Positions 35,876 through 45,125 of a DNA stretch of 54,184 nt are shown here, in pieces. The stretch covers positions 1 through 54,184 of IMG/VR virus record IMGVR_UViG_3300025168_000114; one strand, given 5' to 3'. The position numbers were made by a program, and so were the translations under genes. The notes under the pieces were generated by a model, which was given only the letters and a program-made list of their open reading frames with translations, was not told the DNA's origin and ran no database searches. Numbering within the stretch: position 1 is the first letter of the stretch; each line of letters begins with the position of its first letter. This DNA is from a virus. Lineage: Duplodnaviria; Caudoviricetes.

Positions 35876-38419
35876 TCAAGTCTCCTTCCAAGATTTACCT
35901 ATCTCGGCTTCTGCTGTGAATGTTACGGGGATACCTTCTATCTTCCGTGTCAAAGTGTCAGTGATTATTTCCTTAGCCCACTCCGCTTTGTCCTCGTCTA
36001 CGACGAACAGCACGGAGTCATGCATCTGATTGATGATGCCAGTTCCTTCCTTGAAGTTGAAGGGTAACGGAGGAGCCTCGCGCCGTCCATTAACTTCTTT
36101 ACCTAGGACTAGGTCCATCATGCCTTGGTGAACGACTGCTCCACCGGAGGACTGGACGGGGTAATTGACGATAGCGTTCTTGTCTTCGCCATTCTCAAAG
36201 AACCGCTTAAGGCCCCAGACTGGGTCAGCAATGTATCCTTGCCTTCTGTAATCTTTAATACACTTATCCCAGAAGACCTTGAACTCGCTGGCCCCGCCCA
36301 ACCACTTACGGTGCATGGCCGCAACCTCCTTAAGTTTCTTCTTAAGGTAGATGAGGTTGCCTTCTGCGTCCTCCGTCTTGGTGATGATAGAGTGAATGGT
36401 CGGAGGGTCAGCCATGTAGAGCGCAGCGTACACAAAGGTTTTTGTAAGATCCCTTACCTTTTTGAACTGGCCAGTCCCCTTCTCTCTTGGGTCACTTGGG
36501 GCACCCTCCAGTTTCCAGTACTGGTCACCGAAGATGAACTGCCCCGATAGGTTGTGGGCATCGATGGTGTTGTTCTCGAATGCATCGAGGTAGTAGTCTG
36601 CCCCTGCAAGCGCAGCCATCATGCGGAGTTCCAGTTGGTCCATGTCTGCCCCTACGAGGGCCTTACCTTCAGGAGCAATGAAGCAGTCCCGCAGGCGGTA
36701 GGGCACCGTCTGGAAGTTGGGGTTGGAACTACTGAACCTCCAGCCTACAGTACCGGTGACGTTGTAGTTGGGATGGACGTAACCCTCTGGTGTACATACA
36801 TACTGGTTCTTCTTGTAGTCAAAGGTGCCAGGCTTCCAGCGTCTGACGAAGGTGCCGAGCATCTTGTCTGCCCGTTTGAAGAAGCGTAGGTGATTGAGGA
36901 ACGCTCGCTGCTCATCATCCAGTAGGGGGTTGGACAGCAGTTTACGCAGCGAGGGCATTGCTACCGAAGGCTCACCTGCATCCGTAATGTCCTGAACAGG
37001 CAGGCCCCACTTGTCGAACAGTAACTTGGATAACTGCACAGGGCTGTTGGGGTTCAGCTTCGGGGCCATCTGCTTTATCTCAGCGAAGTGTCGGGAACTC
37101 TCATCAACGAGATTGGCCTCCCACTCCTGTCGCTTCTCTTCGTCCACACGTAGCCCTAGACGCTGCATCCCGAAGCAAATGGACTGGAGGTCGTCGAACT
37201 TCTTATACAAGCCGTAATGGCCGTTTTTGCGCACTCTAGCCAGCATTGGGGCAAGTACCCTCTTGGTTACTGCAGAGTCCCGAGCGTTGTATACCCAGAG
37301 TTCCATGTCAGAGCCTGCTCCAGTAGCAGCGTGTTCCGACTTCCAAGCAGGGGCATCGGTCATGGTGCTGCCTGCGAACCACAGGTTGTGCCTGTTCTCT
37401 GGCCATCCCAATCTGTGAAGTAGAATACCATCTATGTGCGGGGCAGGGGTCACACCGAAGTTGGCCTCGATGGACGCACGGTCATACATCCCGCTGTTCC
37501 AGCCATACTTGCGTATACCCTCCTGTACGAAGAACCAGCGCAGTATGCTCTTGACTCTACCTAGTTCCTTAGGTGGATAGAACTTAGTCTTACCGTCAAT
37601 AGACAGGAAGGGAACGACGACAGAGAAGTCTTCGTCTGCGATAGACAGGCACCGCAGCCGAGCAGTCCACGGGTCTAGGCCGTCAGTCTCAACGTCGTAG
37701 GCAAGTACTGGCTTCTTGTCTGGATGCCAGCGTGTATCGAATATCTCCTGTAACTGGTCAGCCGAGGGAGTGTAGACTATCTCAGGCTCCTTCCACTCTA
37801 GCCGATTGTTGAAGTAGCGGAAGGCCTTCTTGATGTCGGAGCGGAATACCCACCGCCACATCTTAGCCATAGCCACAAGGCGTACACCCACAGTAGGCAG
37901 CACCTTGATGTCCTCTCCATCATGCACTTCGAGGACAGTCGGTCCGCCCCTCACGTCCATTAGGGACGGGCGGCCTGGCATTAGTTTAGCAGCAGTGCCT
38001 AGGAGGATGCGGTTCTTGTAGGGCTTTAACTCTGCCCGTAGCCTAGGAGCACAACACTCCTCTGGGGTAGGGAGCAGGTCCATCTTGCGGCCTTTGCGGA
38101 AGCGGTTCTTATTGCGTAGCTTGGCGTTGAAGCCTTTGACATCATCCGCATGGTAGCGGCAGGCAACGACGTAAGTCATCGCGACTTCGGTACGGTCTAC
38201 CCCTGCCTCCTCAAGCGCGTCATGCAGTTCAGTCTCCTTAGGGCCTACGAACGGCATCCCTAAGATGACCTCGTGCTTACCGGGGAAGTCCCCTACGATG
38301 ATAGCGTTCGCCTTATTGGGCAGTTGCCCTAGTACTGGGGGTGCCCATGTACCGCGTTTCTCTAGGTCTGCCTTCAAGGGGCATATGTCACAGCGAGCGC
38401 AGTTGCCTTCATTGCTCAT
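35876..38419 (-). CDS. polA: Family A DNA polymerase with N-terminal family-4 UDG-like domain and 3'-5' exonuclease
   Basis: CARCDICPL/GDFPG/PFVGP UDG-like domain; YDVET and YNARDS exonuclease motifs; polymerase motifs GADMDQLELR, RDLTKTFVY, MHDS. Confidence 0.9.
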   Translation of the reverse strand: MSNEGNCARCDICPLKADLEKRGTWAPPVLGQLPNKANAIIVGDFPGKHEVILGMPFVGPKETELHDALEEAGVDRTEVAMTYVVACRYHADDVKGFNAKLRNKNRFRKGRKMDLLPTPEECCAPRLRAELKPYKNRILLGTAAKLMPGRPSLMDVRGGPTVLEVHDGEDIKVLPTVGVRLVAMAKMWRWVFRSDIKKAFRYFNNRLEWKEPEIVYTPSADQLQEIFDTRWHPDKKPVLAYDVETDGLDPWTARLRCLSIADEDFSVVVPFLSIDGKTKFYPPKELGRVKSILRWFFVQEGIRKYGWNSGMYDRASIEANFGVTPAPHIDGILLHRLGWPENRHNLWFAGSTMTDAPAWKSEHAATGAGSDMELWVYNARDSAVTKRVLAPMLARVRKNGHYGLYKKFDDLQSICFGMQRLGLRVDEEKRQEWEANLVDESSRHFAEIKQMAPKLNPNSPVQLSKLLFDKWGLPVQDITDAGEPSVAMPSLRKLLSNPLLDDEQRAFLNHLRFFKRADKMLGTFVRRWKPGTFDYKKNQYVCTPEGYVHPNYNVTGTVGWRFSSSNPNFQTVPYRLRDCFIAPEGKALVGADMDQLELRMMAALAGADYYLDAFENNTIDAHNLSGQFIFGDQYWKLEGAPSDPREKGTGQFKKVRDLTKTFVYAALYMADPPTIHSIITKTEDAEGNLIYLKKKLKEVAAMHRKWLGGASEFKVFWDKCIKDYRRQGYIADPVWGLKRFFENGEDKNAIVNYPVQSSGGAVVHQGMMDLVLGKEVNGRREAPPLPFNFKEGTGIINQMHDSVLFVVDEDKAEWAKEIITDTLTRKIEGIPVTFTAEAEIGKSWKET

Positions 38420-38427
38420 GTCGTCTC

Positions 38428-38637
38428 CTATTGCAAGGCCAAGCCTGCTAGTTTGAGTGCGTCCTTAACGGACTTTAGTTCCGTAGGGGCTGAAGCGTGG
38501 ACCGTCCTCATCTGGACGTTCCGGTAGCACCAGTACGAGGCAGCAGCCAGCCATGTCCCGTCTGGTTGAAGTTGAGTATCCACAGGTATCTCGCCAGTAG
38601 CACGAAAGAACTTGCGAGTAATGGGATGCTTCTTCAT
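38428..38637 (-). CDS. Hypothetical protein
   Basis: 69 aa, GGAG RBS, co-oriented with polA. Confidence 0.55.
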   Translation of the reverse strand: MKKHPITRKFFRATGEIPVDTQLQPDGTWLAAASYWCYRNVQMRTVHASAPTELKSVKDALKLAGLALQ

Positions 38638-38735
38638 TGAAAGTCTCCGTAGAAGAGTGCCGCCGCCATATAGAGGAAGGCTGATAGAAGAATTAAATAA
38701 GTATAGTAGTCAGGTTCATCAAACATCTCTACTCC

Positions 38736-38770
38736 AAAAAGAAACCCCACCCCCCGTGAAGGAGGTGGGG
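38736..38770 (-). terminator. Rho-independent terminator
   Basis: On the - strand CCCCACCTCC-TTCAC-GGGGGGTGGGG followed by TTTCTTTTT, just after the SSB-like gene. Confidence 0.8.
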
Positions 38771-38786
38771 CAGGTTGCTAGTTGGC

Positions 38787-39326
38787 CTACAAGCCGTCTA
38801 ACGGATCGCTGTCAGTTGACTCATTGTTACCAGCGTCAGTTACAGTGACTCCAGTGTTCGCAGGCTTCGCAGCAAACACAGGGCTGAGAGCCCTATGCTG
38901 CGATTCTGAGATCCACTTAGTTTCAGCGTAGCTGTCCTTGGTGCCTGGGATATGGTGGCAGTATACCACCTTGTCGCAGAAAGACTTTGTAGTAAAGCCT
39001 TTCTTGCTCTTCAACTTGTCGAGGCCAATGCCTGCTGAGTTGAAGAACCCTGCGATTTCTCCGAGTTGCAGACGAGCACCCATAGAGGTGTCTTCTGACT
39101 CAGGGAGTCCCATGTTTACAGTAATGAACATATGCTCCATACCTTCCTCTTGCACTTGAAGAGAGAGCCATGCACGGGGGTTGCCTGCCTTGCTAGTGTA
39201 CGGTTCAAAAGAGGTGGACTTGCAACGGAACACACCCTCCTGCTTTACCTTAAACTGAGCGGTTTGCGGGCGGACTGTGTCCCCCTTGTCATCTGTCATA
39301 CCAAAGTTGAGTTCAAATTTATCCAT
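38787..39326 (-). CDS. Putative single-stranded DNA-binding protein (DUF669-like)
   Basis: EGVF...TSKAGNP OB-fold pattern, acidic tail DSDPLDGL, downstream of the Sak4-like ATPase. Confidence 0.65.
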   Translation of the reverse strand: MDKFELNFGMTDDKGDTVRPQTAQFKVKQEGVFRCKSTSFEPYTSKAGNPRAWLSLQVQEEGMEHMFITVNMGLPESEDTSMGARLQLGEIAGFFNSAGIGLDKLKSKKGFTTKSFCDKVVYCHHIPGTKDSYAETKWISESQHRALSPVFAAKPANTGVTVTDAGNNESTDSDPLDGL

Positions 39327-39537
39327 CGTATTGTCCTAGTGTCTGAGTGTTGTCAAATGGCAACCGAAGTTGCCGGTTCTCCTCGGAGGATTCCTCGGAA
39401 AGTAATAGCAGTTGAACCTCTTCGCCCTTTAGGACGTAAGTGTCTCCTGCTGTGGTAAGCGGTCTAATGTGAATCACCTTACCCGCGCCGTCTTTATCTA
39501 TCGCTACTGTAACGTGGGCTACTAACTTAGAAGTCAT
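39319..39537 (-). CDS. Hypothetical protein
   Basis: 72 aa filling the gap with short overlaps on both sides; GGAGG upstream. Confidence 0.5.
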   Translation of the reverse strand: MTSKLVAHVTVAIDKDGAGKVIHIRPLTTAGDTYVLKGEEVQLLLLSEESSEENRQLRLPFDNTQTLGQYDG

Positions 39538-40456
39538 CCTCTACCTCCGCGTCTGCAGCCATGAAGTCGATGAACGAATCCACCATGTCAGTCTCGGCCT
39601 GCTTGAGGTAGGCGCGGTCAAGGGCATCTGCGATAGTCCAACGAACGTGCCGGTTGTTGTCTATCTTAGAGGCAAGCTCCTTAGCAGACTCTTTGAGGAA
39701 AACCTTAAGGTCTTCGTTAGTCTTCAGGAGAGGCACGGCATCACAGGCAATCTTCTCGACCGCTGCTTCCATCCACTCCAGACCCTCAGGGCGGGGAAGG
39801 TCCATACCAGCCACGCGAAGTGCCTCACCGAAGTTCATAGGAACCTTACCGGGCAGGCCAATAGCAGTGCGGTCTTTAGCCAACCAGTCTACTGATGCCA
39901 TAGTGTTGAGCAAGAATGGCCAGCCAGGTAGGTCACTAGGTACAACGTGAGCCAAGTAACTGAAGTAGGATGGGAACTTGTTAGTCAGGTCATAGCCCGG
40001 AACAAGGGGTTGGCCTGGCACTGTGACCATCGACCCCTTCTTCTCCTTGATGACGGGTGGGCGTTCGTGCATCGTTAAGAAGATAAGAGAGGGGCACTCA
40101 AGGCAAGCATCTCGGAAGTCCATTATCAGGTCCGCGAGTTCATTCCATTGAGCCCAGCCAGTCTTGATACCACGGATACGGCGTATCTCGTAATCAATCT
40201 GTAGGTTAAAGTCATCGAACACAATAGCAGGGAACTTCTTCTTCGCTGCAGCACGGACTACCTTAGTAGCCTCGATAACGCCTTTGGCTTCCAAGGACTT
40301 AACTTCAATGCCAAGCCATTGCTGAGTAGTAAGTGCGCCAGGGGCAGCAACGAACACTCCAGTGGGAAACGCTCTTAATGCTCCTAAGGTCTTTCCAGAA
40401 CCTTGGGGGCCATACACACAACCCAAGAAACTCTTGGGGTCAATCCTTCCTTTCAT
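39527..40456 (-). CDS. Sak4-like (AAA_24) P-loop ATPase/annealase
   Basis: YGPQGSGKT Walker A, IVFDD Walker B, LTMHE, WLAKDRT. Confidence 0.75.
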   Translation of the reverse strand: MKGRIDPKSFLGCVYGPQGSGKTLGALRAFPTGVFVAAPGALTTQQWLGIEVKSLEAKGVIEATKVVRAAAKKKFPAIVFDDFNLQIDYEIRRIRGIKTGWAQWNELADLIMDFRDACLECPSLIFLTMHERPPVIKEKKGSMVTVPGQPLVPGYDLTNKFPSYFSYLAHVVPSDLPGWPFLLNTMASVDWLAKDRTAIGLPGKVPMNFGEALRVAGMDLPRPEGLEWMEAAVEKIACDAVPLLKTNEDLKVFLKESAKELASKIDNNRHVRWTIADALDRAYLKQAETDMVDSFIDFMAADAEVEDDF

Positions 40457-40590
40457 GTCTTCTCCTTAAACGTCTAACGTCTAATGTCTGTGGTAAGTGT
40501 CTTATCGAAGTCAGCGTTGCCGCCGCTCCAATCCTTCTATTTAATCATCGTTATTTTTGCAAACAACTTTTCTAGTTTCTGTGCGATACC

Positions 40591-41457
40591 TCACAGTGTG
40601 GGGCCATAGTTACAGATGTGAGCCATCTCGCAGGGGGAGTTGTACCTCCAGCAAGAGTACTCAGTATGAGCCCCAGGCCACTCGGCAGCAGGGAGTCCTG
40701 TCTTCTTGAACATCTCGATAGCGCGGTTCGCCCACTTGATAGTACGGGTGAACTGCTGGTCACCATAAGGGGCAGCCTTAACGTACTCCCTACGAGTTGC
40801 GACCTTACCTGTCTTGTTATCAAACGAGACTAGGTTGAGCATCACTCCGCCGAACTCCTCACCCCAGATGGACTGACCGAGAACACGGTAGCCTAGGAAC
40901 TGACCAGACAGTTGTCGTCTGGCCCCGCTACGATGCAGGGTAGCCACACACTTGTGGTCCCAGATGTAGACCTTACCGTCACTACGACGACGAGCCACCA
41001 AGTCAGGGCGTTGTGTGTACAGGTGCTTACGTCCTGCGTCCTCGATGTAGACCTCTATCTCATCCTCTACGTTGAGAATCTCCCAGTCTGTATCATCTCC
41101 CCATGTGACGTTGTAGTGGGTGATGATAGACTGACACCGCTCCGACCAGTCTTCCCAGATAGGGTCACCGGATGCAGCAGTCTCCTTCTTAGCGAGGGCA
41201 CGGATAGCGGAGTAAGGCCTCATGTACTCATCCGCCTCACGGCCTTGGGCTTTGAGTTGAATCCGCTTGTACACATGAGCTAGGCCGCAGTGCACCAGAG
41301 TACCACGGACGAGTGGGTCACTCATCTTACGTGGCTCCTTCTCCTTATCCGGCTCAAGGTAGTGCAGTGCCCATAGCCTAGGGCATACCATAAAGGTCTG
41401 ATGCCAGTGCCACCCCTTACGAGAGGGGCCTCTGTCTATAAGTTTACCTCCAGTCAT
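40591..41457 (-). CDS. PD-(D/E)XK exonuclease, Cas4/RecB-like with Fe-S cysteines
   Basis: CPR...RGTLVH...VE...RPDLV...WDHK...QFLGY...CWRYNSPCEMAHIC; ATG at 41457 has a GGGGGTGA RBS. Confidence 0.8.
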   Translation of the reverse strand: MTGGKLIDRGPSRKGWHWHQTFMVCPRLWALHYLEPDKEKEPRKMSDPLVRGTLVHCGLAHVYKRIQLKAQGREADEYMRPYSAIRALAKKETAASGDPIWEDWSERCQSIITHYNVTWGDDTDWEILNVEDEIEVYIEDAGRKHLYTQRPDLVARRRSDGKVYIWDHKCVATLHRSGARRQLSGQFLGYRVLGQSIWGEEFGGVMLNLVSFDNKTGKVATRREYVKAAPYGDQQFTRTIKWANRAIEMFKKTGLPAAEWPGAHTEYSCWRYNSPCEMAHICNYGPTL

Positions 41458-41618
41458 TGCATCACCCCCATCCCTAAGAGGGCGGAGGCAATTAGTATTG
41501 CCATACCTGCTACTACACATCCTGCTACAAGGGCTTCAAAAACCTCTAGCCAGACCACTCCATAGCGGATTCCATCTTTGTACATATTGCCTTCCAGTGC
41601 GGGGTATACCCGCGTTTG

Positions 41619-41924
41619 TTAGTTACTTGACTTCTCGAAAAAGACTACAGTCTCAACGATACCCGACAGAATCATGTCGCGCTGTACTTCGCTGAGTGCT
41701 GACCAGAACGGGATAGAGTCTAAGTTATCATCAATGAACTTAGTAATCTCAGTGACAACCCAGTGCTTCTTCTCTGCGCCAGAGATGTCCATATCGGAAG
41801 CTTCGGACACAAGGCTGGCTGCCCATGTAATAATCTTGATGATGAGCATGGTGACAGTCTCAGGTACTGAGGGCCACAAGCGTTTGAATAGACTTTCTAC
41901 AACAAAAATAAGTATTGCGTTCAT
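41619..41924 (-). CDS. Putative holin-like protein
   Basis: Hydrophobic N-terminal half and SGAEKK..V motif; coupled to the endolysin-like gene by ATGA. Confidence 0.5.
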   Translation of the reverse strand: MNAILIFVVESLFKRLWPSVPETVTMLIIKIITWAASLVSEASDMDISGAEKKHWVVTEITKFIDDNLDSIPFWSALSEVQRDMILSGIVETVVFFEKSSN

Positions 41925-42535
41925 GAGGATCTCCTAAGATCTTTTTCTTCTATAAGGGTGTAGGTGAAATTGTGCCACCCATGAATCCCAGTTTGTGCCT
42001 CACATAATGCCAGCACCCGCTCCATTGCCTCTTCGTCCCTAAGAACTTGGCAGCCAGCAGATGCAGATTTCTCTCCGCCTTTCCAATCATGCAGGTTAAT
42101 ACCGAACATTCCCTGCTCAACGTGCTTCCCTTCTATCTCAGGTGTAGGGTCACGGTCGTCATCCCTAGCCACATATACCGGAGCCACTTGTACCAGAGCC
42201 GGACGGCCACGGTGCTTGCCCACTCGGTAGCACTGAAGGTACTGGCCAGGCACGAGAACTGCGGCTCCCTTGGAATTGACAGGGTTGAGCAGGTACTTCG
42301 TCGTAGGCACTGTCGTACACTCGAAGAACTCTATGCGCCACATACTGTCGTACAGGTAGACAACATAGAAGTCGTCACAGAACACGTCGTCCCGTACCTC
42401 CTTACGTACTCCTATAATGTTCAGGTCATAGATGCCGTACTCGAAGACCTTGTAGCCTAGGTTACGTACTGCCTGTAGGATGGGAGGCAGGTGCCTTCCA
42501 TGCCCTTCCTTATAACTCTTGTTGCTCTTTATCAT
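41921..42535 (-). CDS. Putative endolysin with YkuD/L,D-transpeptidase-like His/Cys motif
   Basis: LNIIGVR...TTVP...PGQY...GINLH...SAGCQV; ATG at 42535 has an AGGAG RBS. Confidence 0.65.
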   Translation of the reverse strand: MIKSNKSYKEGHGRHLPPILQAVRNLGYKVFEYGIYDLNIIGVRKEVRDDVFCDDFYVVYLYDSMWRIEFFECTTVPTTKYLLNPVNSKGAAVLVPGQYLQCYRVGKHRGRPALVQVAPVYVARDDDRDPTPEIEGKHVEQGMFGINLHDWKGGEKSASAGCQVLRDEEAMERVLALCEAQTGIHGWHNFTYTLIEEKDLRRSS

Positions 42536-42710
42536 CCTGCTCTCCTGCGGGTAAGAAAAAATCACACTTGGGGGTGTCTCCGTACTGGCGTACTCTAATG
42601 TTATCGAACATCGCGTAACTCTGCATCTGGCCAGCGGTAACCGTGAACCTTCTGCACTCACGCTTCAACAGGCACTTCTCCCCTAAGCATTTTGTTGTGA
42701 CTGCCATCAC
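42510..42710 (-). CDS. Small Cys-rich protein
   Basis: C-x4-C-x5-C-RR...CDFF, likely metal binding. Confidence 0.6.
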   Translation of the reverse strand: MMAVTTKCLGEKCLLKRECRRFTVTAGQMQSYAMFDNIRVRQYGDTPKCDFFLPAGEQDDKEQQEL

Positions 42711-42712
42711 TC

Positions 42713-43093
42713 TTAAGCAGAGATGAAGAATGCTACGTTGACACTAGCCCCAGGGTTGGTAGCACTAAAGGCTGACGCTGCGAAGTTTGTCGAACCAGCC
42801 ACACTCAGGCCTGTGCCGAACACCATGTTGCGTGGGAAGACGTAGGTCTTGGACTTAGCGGCAGGGCAGTACAGAACTGCTTGAGGCTTTGTTGTCCCTA
42901 CTGTTACACCGCTTGTGACATTGTACAAGAACACATAGATGGCTGAACCTGCGTTGCTCGTGTTATCAATGAAGACCTGCTGGACGTTAGCCGCGCCTCC
43001 ATTGATGTTGAGTTCAATAGAGGTGTCACAGTCAGTATCTCTGATGAGTTTAGATACAGAACTTGAACCATAGAGGGAGGTAATGATTGCCAT
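42713..43093 (-). CDS. Beta-sandwich protein, paralog of 43103-43465
   Basis: FLYN...VGTTKP...PA...FGTGLS pattern shared with its neighbour. Confidence 0.65.
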   Translation of the reverse strand: MAIITSLYGSSSVSKLIRDTDCDTSIELNINGGAANVQQVFIDNTSNAGSAIYVFLYNVTSGVTVGTTKPQAVLYCPAAKSKTYVFPRNMVFGTGLSVAGSTNFAASAFSATNPGASVNVAFFISA

Positions 43094-43102
43094 AGGCTGC
43101 TC

Positions 43103-43465
43103 CTAAGTGGTGTAGATGTAGATGGTGGAATCGTGGGCAGGATTCGTGGTAGTCGCAGGGTCGGAGTCAGTCTGAGTCGCGTTGTATGATAAGCCACTTG
43201 TAAAGGGGATACCATCAGGCAGATTAACACTGAATGTAGAAGAGGCTGGGACTAAGAATGAGAAGAGAGGAACCGTAGTCCCTGCTACAGCAACGGTAGA
43301 ATCGTAGAAGCGGAGCATGATAGTAGTACCACCTGCGACACACTCGACTCCGTAAAAGGTTCCAGACCCTCCAGTCACGTCCACTACCATTGTGTTCCTA
43401 ACTGCTGTATCCGTACTAACTTTAAAGGTTCCTGCGCGGCGTTGACCGCCTCTTGTTACCGCCAT
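43103..43465 (-). CDS. Beta-sandwich protein, paralog of 42713-43093
   Basis: RFYD...AGTTVP...PA...FTSGLS. Confidence 0.65.
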   Translation of the reverse strand: MAVTRGGQRRAGTFKVSTDTAVRNTMVVDVTGGSGTFYGVECVAGGTTIMLRFYDSTVAVAGTTVPLFSFLVPASSTFSVNLPDGIPFTSGLSYNATQTDSDPATTTNPAHDSTIYIYTT

Positions 43466-43509
43466 TGTTCTCTCCTAAACTCGTGATTCATTAAGGTATA
43501 ACCGATTCC

Positions 43510-44976
43510 TTACTCTTCCTCTAGTACGGGTTCGACGTGTTGTCCAATAACCCCTCTATCTTCTGAAATCATATAGCCTATAAGAGCCTTGCGAGACTTG
43601 TACCCTTTGCGCTGATGCCATGCATCATTGCCTGCTAGGCTGGGCATCCGGTACACAGTGACATTGCCATAGGTAGGCAGTTCACGTTCAGTGTGGAAGT
43701 GGCCTGTAAAGATGAACCTCCAGTGGGTCTGACCCCACAGTACGGGCACCTCGCCTGCGATGATTGCAGGCCAGTCCTTCACCTTGCCTACGTCACCATG
43801 TAGGAATGTCACTAGGCTGTTGCCGTACTTGATGTACTGTCGGTTACTGTAAGACTCACAGACCGTCACGTCCTCAGCAGTAGAGAACCAACCTGCCATT
43901 GCTGCTCGTACCAGTGTGGCCGAGTAGCGGTCATGGTTGCCGGGTATGACGAAGACTTCAACAGGTGCGAACTGCCTGACCAAGTCAACGTAATCGCGAC
44001 ACATCATGACGTAAGTCCACGCCAAGTCTTCGGGTGAGCCGTCACAATCCTGAGGCGTACCGTGCGTAGTGGTGGAGTGGGCGTTGTCAATGTGTAGACC
44101 GTCGCCACCTAGGGCAAGCATAATCTTGGTAGGGGCACCGCCTACACTGACACGGGATAGAAGCCTCTTGGATACTTCCATGAGCCGTGCTTGTGCTATC
44201 TTCCGGTTGTACTTCTCGCCGCGCTTACCCCAGTGGAAGTCAGTAGGGCTGACCACCAGTGCGTAAGGCTCCTCGGCTTTGGGTAGGTTAAGGCGTGGCA
44301 CCTCATGGTCAGGTGCTACCTCTCCGAACCTACCAGCGATACGACTAGCGAGCAGGTCAATCCTTCGGTAGGACTCCGCATCCTTCTTGACCTTGCGGTA
44401 CTCCTTGCGCTCCGCCTTAACGAGCACGCGCTCTTCCTTCCTACGGAGTAGGTCCTCTACCAGTTCCCGTTCATCGGTGTCCCGCAGTTCCTCTTCAGAC
44501 CAAGGGGAGGAATCATGGGTAGTTCCCATAGCGCGGAACAACTCAGTGACAGTGCTGCGAGCCAGTCCAAACTTACGGGAGAGTTCGTTCACACTGGAAG
44601 GGGCACCATCCCAGTTGGAGTAGGCCAGTTTCATTGACCGCCACATATCTCCAGGGATAGTCATCGGCATCTTCTTTGATTGCAGGTGGACTATGTATAG
44701 GTCTTTAGTCTCGTCGTAGTAGTAGCCAACCTCATGGGCATAATCCACGGAGTCTCTTTCGATTACCTCGATGTGGCTTTCTTCCCTCTGCGTAATCTTC
44801 TTGTTGGCTCCGAGCTTGGTTCGTGCCCAGTAGCAGAACTCACGGAACTCATGAGCATCCATGCCGCTTGCTTCACCATACCAATCCCATAGTCGGTTGT
44901 ACTTTGATTGCCTTAAGGAACCAATGAATCTATCCGACCTCAATTCTTCCATTAACTCTGACCATTCGGTAGCCAT
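43510..44976 (-). CDS. HTH-containing calcineurin-like metallophosphoesterase
   Basis: DFHWG, GGDGLH, PGNHD, HGD and GHFH motifs; SVNELSRKFGLARSTV HTH. Confidence 0.85.
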   Translation of the reverse strand: MATEWSELMEELRSDRFIGSLRQSKYNRLWDWYGEASGMDAHEFREFCYWARTKLGANKKITQREESHIEVIERDSVDYAHEVGYYYDETKDLYIVHLQSKKMPMTIPGDMWRSMKLAYSNWDGAPSSVNELSRKFGLARSTVTELFRAMGTTHDSSPWSEEELRDTDERELVEDLLRRKEERVLVKAERKEYRKVKKDAESYRRIDLLASRIAGRFGEVAPDHEVPRLNLPKAEEPYALVVSPTDFHWGKRGEKYNRKIAQARLMEVSKRLLSRVSVGGAPTKIMLALGGDGLHIDNAHSTTTHGTPQDCDGSPEDLAWTYVMMCRDYVDLVRQFAPVEVFVIPGNHDRYSATLVRAAMAGWFSTAEDVTVCESYSNRQYIKYGNSLVTFLHGDVGKVKDWPAIIAGEVPVLWGQTHWRFIFTGHFHTERELPTYGNVTVYRMPSLAGNDAWHQRKGYKSRKALIGYMISEDRGVIGQHVEPVLEEE

Positions 44977-45036
44977 ACTATTCTCCTTCTTAGTTTAATC
45001 GCGGGTAATGTAACTTGTAATTGGATTAAGATCCAT

Positions 45037-45111
45037 TTACAGCACCTCGTTCATGAGTAGAATGAGGAGCGCAGCACTTATAATTCCTAGCAGTGTAGTA
45101 ACCATCATCAT
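45037..45111 (-). CDS. Possible 24 aa membrane peptide (absent from the ORF track)
   Basis: MMMVTTLLGIISAALLILLMNEVL*, AAGGA RBS. Confidence 0.4.
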   Translation of the reverse strand: MMMVTTLLGIISAALLILLMNEVL

Positions 45112-45125
45112 CAATCCTTGGTCTT

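Noticed and set aside
40591-41457. Cas4-like gene as evidence of a CRISPR system
   Set aside because: It is a solo nuclease in a typical exonuclease-Sak4-SSB recombination module; no array or other cas genes.
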